Shown piece by piece: positions 31,147 to 41,091 of a stretch of 64,000 nt of DNA. How positions within the stretch are numbered: the stretch's first letter is position 1; the number at the start of each line of letters is the position of its first letter. The notes beneath the pieces were generated by a model. That model was given only the letters and a program-made list of their open reading frames with translations. It made no database searches and was not told the origin of the DNA. Origin of the DNA: Arenicellales bacterium (GTDB lineage: Bacteria > Pseudomonadota > Gammaproteobacteria > Arenicellales > JAJDZL01); contig CBDAUJ010000002.1 of NCBI GenBank assembly GCA_965200545.1, forward strand, positions 1,224,850-1,288,849, written 5' to 3'. The position numbers were made by a program, and so were the translations under genes.

Positions 31147-32519
31147 CCGCAAAACGAAACCGCATTCTTGTTGTCGATGATGAGCCGGATATCCGTCAGC
31201 TGATTGGCCAGTTGCTTGAGGACGACAACTATCTGGTCACGGAGGTGCATGATGCGGCGGCGGCCCGAACCGCTGTTCGTATGGAGAGGTTTGATGCGAT
31301 ATTGCTCGATATCTGGATGCCCGGTATCGATGGCATCACTTTGCTCAAGGAATGGCAGGAAGCCAAGCTGGGGGTGCCCGTGGTGATGATGTCTGCCCAC
31401 GGCTCGATTGAGACAGCGGTTGAGGCGACGCAGCATGGCGCCTTGGATTTTCTTGAGAAACCTTTTTCTTCAGGCCGACTTTCGGTGACAGTGCGCAACG
31501 CGGTCGCAAGCCGGGAAAGCGCTACTGAGGACAAGTCTGGAGTCACCCCCGAAAAACCATCGACAAAGGTTACCCTCATCGGCTCCAGTGCGCCGATGAA
31601 GAGGCTGCGCGAGCAGCTCCGGAACATTGTCGCCACGGGCTGCAAGGTTATGATTGTCGGCGAGGCCGGAAGCGGCAAAAAATTCACTGCGCGCTATATT
31701 CACGAAAGCCGCTTCAGTGCGGAGGCACCATTTGTGACGCTCAATTGGCTTGCTGATCCTCCCGATCAGCACGCTGCTGCGGCGGCCTTGCAAGCCGCGC
31801 GCGGCGGTACTTTGCTGATTCCCAGCGTGGAGGCGCATGATGGCTATGGTCAGGTCAGGCTGCTGGGCCTGCTTAACGATATTGGGGCTCTGGCGGCGTC
31901 GGAGCCTGACGCAACGCCGGCTGTCATTGCGACAGCCGGCGCCGATATCAGATCACACCTCGCCGAAGGTGTATTGCGCAGTGATATTTTCCAGATTATG
32001 AACGAACTGACGGTTGAGATCCCGCCTTTGCGGGAGCGCGCCGAAGACATCCCTGAATTGGTCGGATACCTCGGCGATCAATTCAGTCAAGATGAGAATC
32101 TGCCCTATAAACGGTTTTCAACTGCCGCGCTGAACGCGCTTCGCAATCATCGTTGGGATGGCAATGTTCAGGAATTGAAAAATATCGTCTATCAGATTAT
32201 GCTGCATGGTTCTGAAGAAATGATTTCTGGCATCGACATTGAGACGCAGATTGCAAAAACCGCCGTGATGCCAGTGGCTGCTGCTGCGACATCGGCGACC
32301 CATGCCGATACGGAGCATATGCTGACGTTCCGGGATGCGCGCAATGAATTTGAGCGGCGCTACCTGCTCAATAATCTAAAGGCCTGCTCTACCTTTACGG
32401 AGATGGCCAGTCGCACGGGCCTGCATCGATCAAGTCTGTTCCGCAAACTGAAAGAGCACAGCATTGATATTTTGCCCAGCGGCGAAGCAGAGACACTGGG
32501 ACAAGAGAAGGTGAAATGA
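31143..32519 (+). CDS. NtrX-like response regulator (REC, degenerate AAA+ domain, Fis-type HTH)
   Basis: REC domain ILVVDDEPDIR...DIWMPGIDG. Walker A GEAGSGKK. C-terminal HTH EMASRTGLHRSSLFRKL. No GAFTGA motif, and Walker B reads TLLIPSV. A GTGA overlap joins it to the kinase gene. Confidence 0.85.
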   Translation: MTAKRNRILVVDDEPDIRQLIGQLLEDDNYLVTEVHDAAAARTAVRMERFDAILLDIWMPGIDGITLLKEWQEAKLGVPVVMMSAHGSIETAVEATQHGALDFLEKPFSSGRLSVTVRNAVASRESATEDKSGVTPEKPSTKVTLIGSSAPMKRLREQLRNIVATGCKVMIVGEAGSGKKFTARYIHESRFSAEAPFVTLNWLADPPDQHAAAAALQAARGGTLLIPSVEAHDGYGQVRLLGLLNDIGALAASEPDATPAVIATAGADIRSHLAEGVLRSDIFQIMNELTVEIPPLRERAEDIPELVGYLGDQFSQDENLPYKRFSTAALNALRNHRWDGNVQELKNIVYQIMLHGSEEMISGIDIETQIAKTAVMPVAAAATSATHADTEHMLTFRDARNEFERRYLLNNLKACSTFTEMASRTGLHRSSLFRKLKEHSIDILPSGEAETLGQEKVK

Positions 32520-33979
32520 CCAATGTGGTAATTTTCGGCGCTGGCACGGTGGGCGCCAGCGTCGCTGAGGCTTTGTCGAGCGAGGATAATAATGTCACAG
32601 TCGTGGATAAAGATCCAAAGGCCATGGATCATCGGCTGCAGAAACTTGATATCAAGTATGTTCAAGGCGATGCGATTGATCTCGAAGTGCTGGATCAGGC
32701 CAATATTCAGGACGCTGATCTGGTTTTGGCGGTGACCGACGATGACGGAACCAATATTCTAGCCAGCCATTTGTCGGTGCTGCGGGCGCGGGTGCCGCGC
32801 GTGATCGCCCGGATTCGCAACCATGCATATCACAAAAATCGTGAGGAGCTGTTCAAGACTGGCGATGTCGATTCGCACGTCGCAGGCGAGCATGAGCGTT
32901 CGGACGCACGCGATGATCGGCTGCGGATTGATGAAATATTCAACCCTGAGCGACTGGTCACGGAGCAGATTATGCGTCTGGTCATGCATCCTGGCGCTTT
33001 GCAGGTCGTCGAATTTGCCGGCGGCAGAATTCAACTGGTTGCGGTCAGAGCCGACGATACAGGCAAGCTGGTCGGTCACAAGATTCGTGAGCTGCGCGAG
33101 CATATTCCGAATGTGGAAACGCGTGTTGCGGCTGTGTACCAAAAATACGGTGGGATCATCCCGCATGCGGATACCGTCATTCAGCCGGGCGACGAGGTGT
33201 TCTTTATTGCCACGGCCGACCATATTGAGGAAGTCGTCACTGAATTGCGATCGGTGAATACCGAAACCGGCAATCGCGTCATGCTGGTCGGCGCCGGTCA
33301 TATCGGGCTGGCGCTTGCCGAACAGATGCTGGCGGCCGACATGAAAGTCGTATTGATCGAGAAGCAGCAGCAGGTCGCCGAGCGGGCTGCACAGATGCTC
33401 CCTAAATGTCTGGTAATTTGCGGTGATGCCACTGATACTGATTTGCTGGAACGGGAGAACATTGCGATGATGGAGGTGTTCTGCTCTGTCACCGATCATG
33501 ACGAAACCAACATCCTGTCTGCGATGATGGCCAAGCAAATGGGTGCAAAACGCACGATGGCTCTGGTGAACAATTCTGCTTTTGTTGATGTGCTTGAGCA
33601 TTCCGGGGTTGACATTGTGATCTCGCCCAATCTGACTTCAATCAGTGAGATTTTTCGCCATATCCGCAGAGGCAGAACCGAAGCCGTGCACTCGTTGCGC
33701 CGCGGTGCCGCAGAAGCGATTGAGGCCGTTGTGCTGGATAAGTCGAAAGAGACTTCAAATGTGGTTGGACGGCGGGTCGGCGAACTGAAACTGCCAGAAG
33801 GAACGACGATCGGGGCGATCCTTCGCGGGGAACGGGTCTATACGACGTTTGACAATCTGCTCATTGAGCCTCAGGATCATGTGATTTTGTTTGTCGTTGA
33901 CAAAAGCGGCAAGCGTATCAAGCAAATCCAGAAACTGTTTGAGCTGAAATTGGGCTCAATCCCCTCATTTTGGCCGTAA
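32516..33979 (+). CDS. trkA: Trk potassium uptake NAD-binding subunit TrkA
   Basis: Two RCK_N domains with GAGTVG and GAGHIG. An ATGA overlap joins it to the upstream gene. Confidence 0.92.
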   Translation: MTNVVIFGAGTVGASVAEALSSEDNNVTVVDKDPKAMDHRLQKLDIKYVQGDAIDLEVLDQANIQDADLVLAVTDDDGTNILASHLSVLRARVPRVIARIRNHAYHKNREELFKTGDVDSHVAGEHERSDARDDRLRIDEIFNPERLVTEQIMRLVMHPGALQVVEFAGGRIQLVAVRADDTGKLVGHKIRELREHIPNVETRVAAVYQKYGGIIPHADTVIQPGDEVFFIATADHIEEVVTELRSVNTETGNRVMLVGAGHIGLALAEQMLAADMKVVLIEKQQQVAERAAQMLPKCLVICGDATDTDLLERENIAMMEVFCSVTDHDETNILSAMMAKQMGAKRTMALVNNSAFVDVLEHSGVDIVISPNLTSISEIFRHIRRGRTEAVHSLRRGAAEAIEAVVLDKSKETSNVVGRRVGELKLPEGTTIGAILRGERVYTTFDNLLIEPQDHVILFVVDKSGKRIKQIQKLFELKLGSIPSFWP

Positions 33980-34006
33980 AACAGCCAGACAGCACACCAT
34001 CGCACC

Positions 34007-35539
34007 ATGCACTATAGAGCTGTCGCAAAAATTCTTGGCGTCATAATTTCGCTGTTCAGTGTGTCGATGCTGCCGCCGCTGGGCGTTGCCATCGCCTTTG
34101 GCGATGGTTCGGTGTTCGTGTTCCTGCTGTCTGCCGCGGTGACACTGCTACTGGGCTTGTGCTTTTGGTATCCGGTGCGCCACAACAAAGAACCGCTCGG
34201 TGTGCGGGAGGGTTTTTTGACAGTGGCAGCGTTCTGGATTTCGCTGGTGACCGTTGGTACATTGCCGTTTGTGTTTTCTGATAGCTTGAATGTCAGCTTT
34301 ACTGACGCGTTTTTTGAATCGATGTCGGGGCTGACCACCACCGGTGCAACAGTTTTTCGAGGTCTCGACGGCATGCCGGTTTCCATCCTGTATTACCGTC
34401 AGCAGCTGCAGTGGCTCGGCGGCATGGGCATTGTGGTGCTGGCCCTTGCGGTGATCCCGATTCTGGGCATTGGCGGCATGCAGATGTATCTGGCAGAAAT
34501 GCCCGGGGCAACCAAGGAATCCAAACTGACGCCGCGCATCAAAGAAACGGCCAAGGCCTTGTGGCTGATCTACGTCGCCATGACAATTATCTGCGCTTTG
34601 GTGTATCGCATGGCTGGCATGTCTTGGTTTGATGCAATCACGCACAGCTACTCCACGATTGCGATCGGTGGCTTTTCTACACATGATTCCAGTTTTGCTT
34701 ATTTTGACAGTGACCTGATTCTGAGTGCGGCCATTGTGTTTATGGTATTGGCGGGCATCAATTTTTCACTGCATTTCGCGGTACTGGATAAATTGCACCT
34801 GAAACATTTCTTTCGCGAAATAAAGCGCCCTGGTCCGCGCAAGCGGCAAATCCGCTATTTTCGCACCAGTATCACTGCGCTCAAAGACTACTTTTACAAC
34901 ACTGAATTGCGCGTTTATGCAGGTATTTTGGCTTTCTCGGCGGTTATCGTTTGCACGGTGCTGCTATTCGCCCAGGTCTATGCGACAGACTGGGAGAGCA
35001 TCAAGCACGGCCTGTTTCAGGTGGTGTCGATTGCGACGACCTCAGGGTTTACGACGGCTGATTTTGCCAACTGGCCACTGTTTCTGCCGGCATTGCTGCT
35101 TGCGACCAGTATTGTGGGAGGCTGCATCGGCTCGACTGCAGGCGGTCTGAAAGTGATGCGTGTGGTGCTGCTATTCAAGCAGGGCCGTCGGGAAATTGTG
35201 CAGTTGATTCATCCAGACGGTGTATTTCCGATTATGCTCAACAATAAGCCAGTCCCGGAGAGAATTATCAATTCAGTATGGGGATTTTTTGCACTGTATG
35301 TAGTCAGTTTTGTGATTCTTGCGCTGGCGCTGCAGGCGACTGGACTGGATCTGACCACAGCGTATTCGACGGTCACCGCCTGCTTGAACAATCTAGGTCC
35401 GGCACTTGGCACAGCGCAATCCAATTATGCAGATTTGCCGGCGGCCGCAAAGTGGGTGCTGGCCTTTACCATGATGCTGGGACGACTGGAACTTCTTGCG
35501 CTGCTCATCCTGCTGACGCCGCGCTATTGGCGCGATTGA
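34007..35539 (+). CDS. trkH: Trk potassium uptake membrane subunit TrkH
   Basis: 510-aa polytopic membrane ORF with TrkH-type repeats (SGLTTTGA, TTSGFT). Follows trkA. Confidence 0.92.
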   Translation: MHYRAVAKILGVIISLFSVSMLPPLGVAIAFGDGSVFVFLLSAAVTLLLGLCFWYPVRHNKEPLGVREGFLTVAAFWISLVTVGTLPFVFSDSLNVSFTDAFFESMSGLTTTGATVFRGLDGMPVSILYYRQQLQWLGGMGIVVLALAVIPILGIGGMQMYLAEMPGATKESKLTPRIKETAKALWLIYVAMTIICALVYRMAGMSWFDAITHSYSTIAIGGFSTHDSSFAYFDSDLILSAAIVFMVLAGINFSLHFAVLDKLHLKHFFREIKRPGPRKRQIRYFRTSITALKDYFYNTELRVYAGILAFSAVIVCTVLLFAQVYATDWESIKHGLFQVVSIATTSGFTTADFANWPLFLPALLLATSIVGGCIGSTAGGLKVMRVVLLFKQGRREIVQLIHPDGVFPIMLNNKPVPERIINSVWGFFALYVVSFVILALALQATGLDLTTAYSTVTACLNNLGPALGTAQSNYADLPAAAKWVLAFTMMLGRLELLALLILLTPRYWRD

Positions 35540-35955
35540 GTGCAGATTGGGATGGTTTCAGAAATTTCGTTGCTTTGGCGGACGCAAAGCAGATCGCCAG
35601 GACGGAATTGCGCGAGCGATCGGAATTGGCGGGTTTTGTGGGAATTCAAAACGCTTTCGATTGCCTGCCGATGCCAAGCATCAGATGATTGAGCTGCCAT
35701 GCATTCCTGTGCAGCAGTGCAATCCGCAGCAGCTCGCATCGTCTCGAATTCGCTTGATAGCAGGCCTGATTGACAGCTGTTCTCCTCATCTGGACGATGA
35801 CTATTTCGCAGCATGCATCTTTAGACTCTTGTCGCTGTTCGCAGTGCTCGCTCATTTTGCCATAAAAACTAGTGATGATTTGGCGATAATACTTCGGTCT
35901 GCAGTCCGCGCCCGCGCGAGACTGACGCGAAAAACAATGATGGAGGATTAGAAAA

Positions 35956-37110
35956 ATGAAATTGAAAACAGCCTTGGTCGGCCTGGCTGCGTGCGCCGCT
36001 ACCTCGATCGCAGGTGCGGCAGAAATGAAAACTGAAATTGGCGCTGGTGAAGGTGCAGTGGACATTATCGCCTGGCCCGGCTACATCGAACGCGGCGAGA
36101 CGAGCCCAGATTTCGATTGGGTTACCAGTTTTGAATCTGCGACTGGGTGCGAGGTGCGGGTCAAAACCGCCAATACGTCGGACGAGATGGTGGCGCTGAT
36201 GAATGAAGGGGGCTTTGATCTGGTCACCGCTTCGGGCGATGCATCGCTTCGACTCATCGCCGGAAAACGCGTGCAGCCGGTCAACATCGATCTGATTCCA
36301 AGCTGGAATACAGTCGACGATCGGCTCAAGAACGCACCTTGGCACACGGTAGATGGCGTTCATTACGGCACCCCGTACATGTGGGGACCGAATGTATTGA
36401 TGTACAACACAGATGTCTTTCCGGAACCGCCCCAAAGCTGGGAAGTGGTGTTCAGAGAGATGGCCTTGCCGGACGGGGTTTCCAACAAAGGACGTGTGCA
36501 AGCCTACGATGGTCCGATTCATGTGGCTGATGCTGCCTTGTTTCTGATGCACCATCGCCCGGAACTTGGGATCACCAGTCCCTACGAACTGAATGCAGAA
36601 CAGTATGCGGTAGTGCTCGATTTACTTCGCGAGCAGCGGAAGATTGTGGGTCGCTACTGGCATAACGCTTTCATTCAAATGGATGATTTCACGAATGAAG
36701 GCGTAGTCGCATCAGGCTCGTGGCCTTTCCAGGTCAATCTGCTGCAGTCCCAAGAACTTCCGATCGCTTCGACTATCCCGGTTGAAGGCGCAACCGGCTG
36801 GTCTGACACGACGATGATGCATGTAGATGCCGCACATCCAAATTGCGCCTATATGTGGATGGAGCATACCCTGTCGTCGAATCTCCAAAGTGATTTGTCA
36901 GTTTGGTTTGGTGCGGTGCCGCCGGTATTGGCTGCCTGCACGGACGGTCGCGGCATGCAGACCGCTGAAGGCTGTGCGAAAAATGGACTGAATGATTTCG
37001 ACAAGATCAAATTCTGGACCACTCCGGTGTCGAATTGTCCCAGTCAGGGAGAATGTGTGCCATACTACCGCTGGGTATCCGATTACATTGGTGTGATTGG
37101 CGGCCGCTGA
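35956..37110 (+). CDS. ABC transporter periplasmic substrate-binding protein (PotD/PotF-like)
   Basis: Signal peptide MKLKTALVGLAACAATSIAGAA, followed by a family 1 solute-binding fold. Confidence 0.85.
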   Translation: MKLKTALVGLAACAATSIAGAAEMKTEIGAGEGAVDIIAWPGYIERGETSPDFDWVTSFESATGCEVRVKTANTSDEMVALMNEGGFDLVTASGDASLRLIAGKRVQPVNIDLIPSWNTVDDRLKNAPWHTVDGVHYGTPYMWGPNVLMYNTDVFPEPPQSWEVVFREMALPDGVSNKGRVQAYDGPIHVADAALFLMHHRPELGITSPYELNAEQYAVVLDLLREQRKIVGRYWHNAFIQMDDFTNEGVVASGSWPFQVNLLQSQELPIASTIPVEGATGWSDTTMMHVDAAHPNCAYMWMEHTLSSNLQSDLSVWFGAVPPVLAACTDGRGMQTAEGCAKNGLNDFDKIKFWTTPVSNCPSQGECVPYYRWVSDYIGVIGGR

Positions 37111-37203
37111 GACCGTACAAGCACTATCGAATCGTCTCCGATTTGCTGCCGCTGGCCAACAATTGCGAGCGGCAGCAAAGACTTTGCACCCGAGCCTGAC
37201 TGA

Positions 37204-38196
37204 ATGGTTGCTGCAGTTCTGTTTAATCAGGTTACGCGAAAGTTCAGTAGCTTTGCCGCTGTCGACTGTATTGACCTTGAAATACAAGAAGGTGAGTTTT
37301 TTGCTCTTCTGGGGCCATCCGGTTCTGGCAAGACAACCTGCTTGCGTCTGATTTCTGGCATCGATCGCCCGACATCAGGCCGAATCGAGATATTTGGCGC
37401 CCGTTGCGACGATATTCCGCCCAACCGACGGCCTGTCAACACAGTTTTTCAGGATTATGCGCTTTTTCCGCATCTGAAAGTCATTGACAATGTTGCCTAC
37501 AGCCTGCTGGTCAAAGGTGTGCCAAAAAAGGAGCGTCACCATGAAGCTGAACGCCTTTTGGAACTGGTCAAGCTCGGTGGTTTTGGCGGGCGCTCGCCTG
37601 CGCAGCTGTCAGGCGGCCAAAAACAGCGAGTCGCTTTGGCGCGGGCGCTGATCAACAAGCCGCGTATTCTGCTGCTTGACGAACCGCTTGGTGCATTGGA
37701 CCTGAAGCTGCGCGAGCAGATGCAGGAAGAACTCAAGTCCCTGCAGCAATCTATCGGTATCACATTTATTTTTGTCACGCATGACCAGAATGAGGCTTTA
37801 TCGATGTCGAATCGTATTGCGATCGTCAACGGCGGCCGGATCGTGCAGGTCGATTCGCCGCAGGAACTTTATCGCCGGCCCAGAACGCGGTTCGTGGCAG
37901 AATTTGTAGGTTCGTCGAATATCTTGCCCCCAGGCTTGAGTGATGCTGCCGGCGGTGCGAGAAAGTGGTCAAGTCTGCGGCCTGAATCGATTTCACTCGC
38001 TGCGCCCGGCGCTGGGCGCATCGATGGCATGGTCAAGTCGCATCGCTTCTTAGGCGCTGTGAGCCGCACTGTTGTCGCAGTCGCTGACGGGGAGATTCAG
38101 GTTGATCTCAGCGCTGCGGGCGAGTTGCCTGACATTGGCGCCGCAGTGTCCTTGAGCTGGGCATCAGCTGCACTCCACGCGATGCAAGACGAATGA
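37204..38196 (+). CDS. ABC transporter ATP-binding protein (PotA-like)
   Basis: Walker A GPSGSGKTT, signature LSGGQKQRVALARAL, Walker B LLLDEPLGALD. Confidence 0.92.
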   Translation: MVAAVLFNQVTRKFSSFAAVDCIDLEIQEGEFFALLGPSGSGKTTCLRLISGIDRPTSGRIEIFGARCDDIPPNRRPVNTVFQDYALFPHLKVIDNVAYSLLVKGVPKKERHHEAERLLELVKLGGFGGRSPAQLSGGQKQRVALARALINKPRILLLDEPLGALDLKLREQMQEELKSLQQSIGITFIFVTHDQNEALSMSNRIAIVNGGRIVQVDSPQELYRRPRTRFVAEFVGSSNILPPGLSDAAGGARKWSSLRPESISLAAPGAGRIDGMVKSHRFLGAVSRTVVAVADGEIQVDLSAAGELPDIGAAVSLSWASAALHAMQDE

Positions 38197-39131
38197 CAGC
38201 CGCTGCCACCGCAAGAGGCAATGAATCCGTTCGCCAATGGTCGGATGTATTTTGGAAAAAACCGCATCTGATCACTTTGCTGCTGCTTGCGCCGCCCATA
38301 TTGTGGCTCGGGGTGGTTTATGTCGGTTCGCTGTTTACCTTGCTGCTGCAGAGCTTTTTCTCGATTGATGAGTTTTCTGGTTTGGTGCGTTATGAATTCA
38401 CTCTCAAGACGTATCGCGAGCTGCTGTCACCGGTCAACTATGACATCATTATCCGCACAATCTTGATGGCTTGCGCGGTCACTGTGGCTGCGGCGATCAT
38501 TGCTTTTCCGATCGCCTATTATGCGGCTCGCTATGCGCGCGGCAAATACAAGGCAATATTTTATCTGGGTGTTATGCTGCCGCTTTGGTCGAGCTATTTG
38601 GTCAAGATTTACGCTTGGAAGCTCATCCTTGCCAAGGAGGGGATCATCAGCTGGCTGGTGGACACTTTGGGCATGCGGTTCATACTGGAGGCAGTGCTGG
38701 CACTGCCAGTGGTTGGCGGAAACTCACTGTCGGTGACCTATATCGGCACCTTTATTGTGCTGCTGTATGTCTGGCTGCCATTTATGATTCTGCCAGTACA
38801 GGCGGTGCTTGAGCGGATTCCTTCGGCCCTGCTGCATTCTTCGGGTGATCTTGGAGCTACCGCCGGCCAGACGCTTCGATTGATTACGATTCCATTGGCG
38901 CTCCCGGGTGTGGCTGCCGGCTCGATATTTACGTTTTCCCTTACTTTAGGCGACTTTATTGTGCCGCAGATCATTGGCTCTTCAAGACTTTTCATTGGCC
39001 AAGCCGTCTATGCGCATCAGGGCACCGCAGGAAACATTCCGCTGGCAGCGGCATTCGCGGTGGTGCCGATACTGGTGATGGCAGTGTATCTGGCGATTGC
39101 CAAACGCCAAGGAGCTTTTGATGCACTCTGA
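38193..39131 (+). CDS. ABC transporter permease (PotB-like)
   Basis: 312-aa ORF with about six TM segments and a BPD_transp_1 fold. A 4-nt overlap joins it to the ATPase gene. Confidence 0.88.
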   Translation: MTAAATARGNESVRQWSDVFWKKPHLITLLLLAPPILWLGVVYVGSLFTLLLQSFFSIDEFSGLVRYEFTLKTYRELLSPVNYDIIIRTILMACAVTVAAAIIAFPIAYYAARYARGKYKAIFYLGVMLPLWSSYLVKIYAWKLILAKEGIISWLVDTLGMRFILEAVLALPVVGGNSLSVTYIGTFIVLLYVWLPFMILPVQAVLERIPSALLHSSGDLGATAGQTLRLITIPLALPGVAAGSIFTFSLTLGDFIVPQIIGSSRLFIGQAVYAHQGTAGNIPLAAAFAVVPILVMAVYLAIAKRQGAFDAL

Positions 39132-39927
39132 ATCACGCGCGCCGATGGCGCTCAAGGCGGCCGCGGGCGCCGGGCTTGCATTTTTGCACTTGCCTATCGC
39201 TTTGATTTTTCTCTACGCATTCACGACTGAGGACAAAAGCTATCAGTTTCCACCTCCCGCCTTGACTCTCAAATGGTTCGGTGTCACTTGGAATCGGCCC
39301 GATGTGTGGGATGCATTGCGGCTGTCGCTCGAAGTCGCGACTGTCTCGACACTGATTGCCATTGTATTGGGCACTTTGTGTGCGGCTGCGGTTTCCAAGC
39401 TGAGGTTCTTCGGTCGCGAGACGATTTCTCTGCTGGTGATATTGCCGATTGCATTGCCTGGCATTATTACCGGCATTTCATTGCGCTCGGCATTCAATAT
39501 TCTGGATATTCCGTTTTCGACCTGGACCATTATCTTGGGTCATGCAACATTCTGTGTAGTTGTGGTGTACAACAATGCGATTGCGCGCTTTAGGAGAATT
39601 TCCGCCTCGCTGATTGAGGCGTCTTACGACCTTGGCGCAAATGCGTTCCAAACATTTCGCTATGTGCTGCTGCCGAATTTAGGAACGGCGCTGCTGGCAG
39701 GCGGGATGCTCGCATTTGCGCTATCGTTCGATGAGGTGATTGTGACAACCTTTACTGCGGGTCAGCAGCAGACGCTGCCGATCTGGATGCTTGAGGAGCT
39801 GGTGCGTCCGCGTCAGCGCCCCGTAACCAATGTAGTTGCTATGGTGGTTGTACTAGTGACTTTCCTGCCCATTCTGGGCGCCTACTATCTGACTCGAGAC
39901 AAGTCGACGAGTCATCGCGAGGCGTAA
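39121..39927 (+). CDS. ABC transporter permease (PotC-like)
   Basis: Membrane ORF with the EAA-like loop [15 protein letters not shown]. The ATG at 39121 is preferred over 39097. Confidence 0.88.
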   Translation: MHSESRAPMALKAAAGAGLAFLHLPIALIFLYAFTTEDKSYQFPPPALTLKWFGVTWNRPDVWDALRLSLEVATVSTLIAIVLGTLCAAAVSKLRFFGRETISLLVILPIALPGIITGISLRSAFNILDIPFSTWTIILGHATFCVVVVYNNAIARFRRISASLIEASYDLGANAFQTFRYVLLPNLGTALLAGGMLAFALSFDEVIVTTFTAGQQQTLPIWMLEELVRPRQRPVTNVVAMVVVLVTFLPILGAYYLTRDKSTSHREA

Positions 39928-40250
39928 TTCCAGCTGGAGCTCAGGTTTCATCAAAAAATGAATTGCTTTCGATACGGCAGGCGCTGTGTTTCTATGACAG
40001 GGCAGGATTTTATATCGCGTTGAGAAAGAGCGGTCATTGGGCTCCGCCTGTCACTTTTCTCATTTTTTTGCTTTGAACAGCCTGGCTCATGATCTCGGCA
40101 TTACGGTTTCCGAAGGTATAGAGATGAAACCGGTTGGTCGAAAAAATAAAACGATGTACAGAGGGTATACGTCAAATTTTTTCATTTTTCAAAATCTTCA
40201 CGACCGGCCGCTTTCTCAGGCAGCCCGGCATCAGCCGCCGCGGCAGATAA

Positions 40251-40283
40251 CTGCGACAAGGCCAAGCTGTGACCTTGTCGCAG
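40251..40283. repeat. Perfect 11-bp inverted repeat (ctgcgacaagg / ccttgtcgcag) with an 11-nt spacer
   Basis: Read directly from the sequence. There is no flanking T-run on either strand, so it is not a canonical intrinsic terminator. Confidence 0.6.
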
Positions 40284-40417
40284 ACTGTCCATACGGCGCT
40301 GTCAGGCCAGCTGCTGCCAGAATCACCGCTGATCGGCTGCGGCTGCAAGCAGGTTTGGCGATGATCCCCTTGACATGACGGTTCTAGCTGCCCTTTTGCT
40401 TGTTTGGCTATGGTTGG

Positions 40418-41066
40418 TCAGCTGGCGCAAGAATTGGAAGAAAACGCCCAGTTCCCGCCGCCTTTGCATTGAAAGCGCTGGCGAACCAAGGCAAGGATTG
40501 CCTCGGTTCCGCATCCTTTGCTATTTGGATTTGGCGACCATGCCGGCGCGGGCGGATTGGGATCGGGAGGGGTTTGGAACCAGGCTCTTGTGATTGGTTG
40601 GTTATAACGAAAACTCCGGCTATCGGACGCATGCATGGCCATGCAATGCTCTGTATCCGGATCTGTCCGAAGTGTTTGAGTCCATGAAGCAAAAGGTATA
40701 TTTCCGTTCAGTCCATGACTTATCATTAATCGTGGAAACAAACTGATCTGACTGAACGCCCAGGCCGCCTGTCCTTTTCTCCATGCCCCATAATTCATGA
40801 AATACGGCGGATCTATAAAGCAGACGCTTTTATCCTCAAGCGTTCCATCGGCTCTGCAATTAGCAATTACCTGCGGGACAGCTGAGCCTGTATCCGCGCT
40901 GTAATCAACCTCCCATTCGCGATTGCCATTGAGCGTTGCGGCTGCAGAAACACTAAACTCACCGCCAGCGAGTCTTTGAACCGTCCCCGCGGTCTGCCCC
41001 CCATCCCGGCCCCGCCATAAGCAAGGCTGCCAGCGCGGCAGTGACTGCTAATAGCATTCGTTTCAT
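40418..41066 (-). CDS. Putative secreted protein B, reading frame broken at a 6-nt G/C run just after the signal peptide
   Basis: An AGGAG RBS and the ATG at 41066 encode MKRMLLAVTAALAALLMAGPGWG. That frame stops after 35 codons. The long open frame (QTAGTVQRLAGGEF... down to the stop at 40418) is offset by one nucleotide. Removing one G at 40997..41002 would fuse the two frames. Confidence 0.6.
40997..41002. repeat. C6 (G6 on the coding strand) homopolymer at the frameshift point of secreted protein B
   Basis: Read directly: ggtctgCCCCCCatcc. Confidence 0.9.
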
Positions 41067-41091
41067 TGTTTTCTCCTTTCAGGGGCGGTTA

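Noticed and set aside
32759-33601. 280-aa minus-strand ORF
   Set aside because: It is antisense to trkA and has no recognisable domain. Shadow ORF.
35869-36555. 228-aa minus-strand ORF
   Set aside because: It is antisense to the ABC substrate-binding protein gene. Shadow ORF.
40037-40692. Several overlapping 60-110-aa ORFs on both strands
   Set aside because: They are mutually exclusive and have no motifs. The minus-strand frame belonging to secreted protein B explains the open reading in this stretch.
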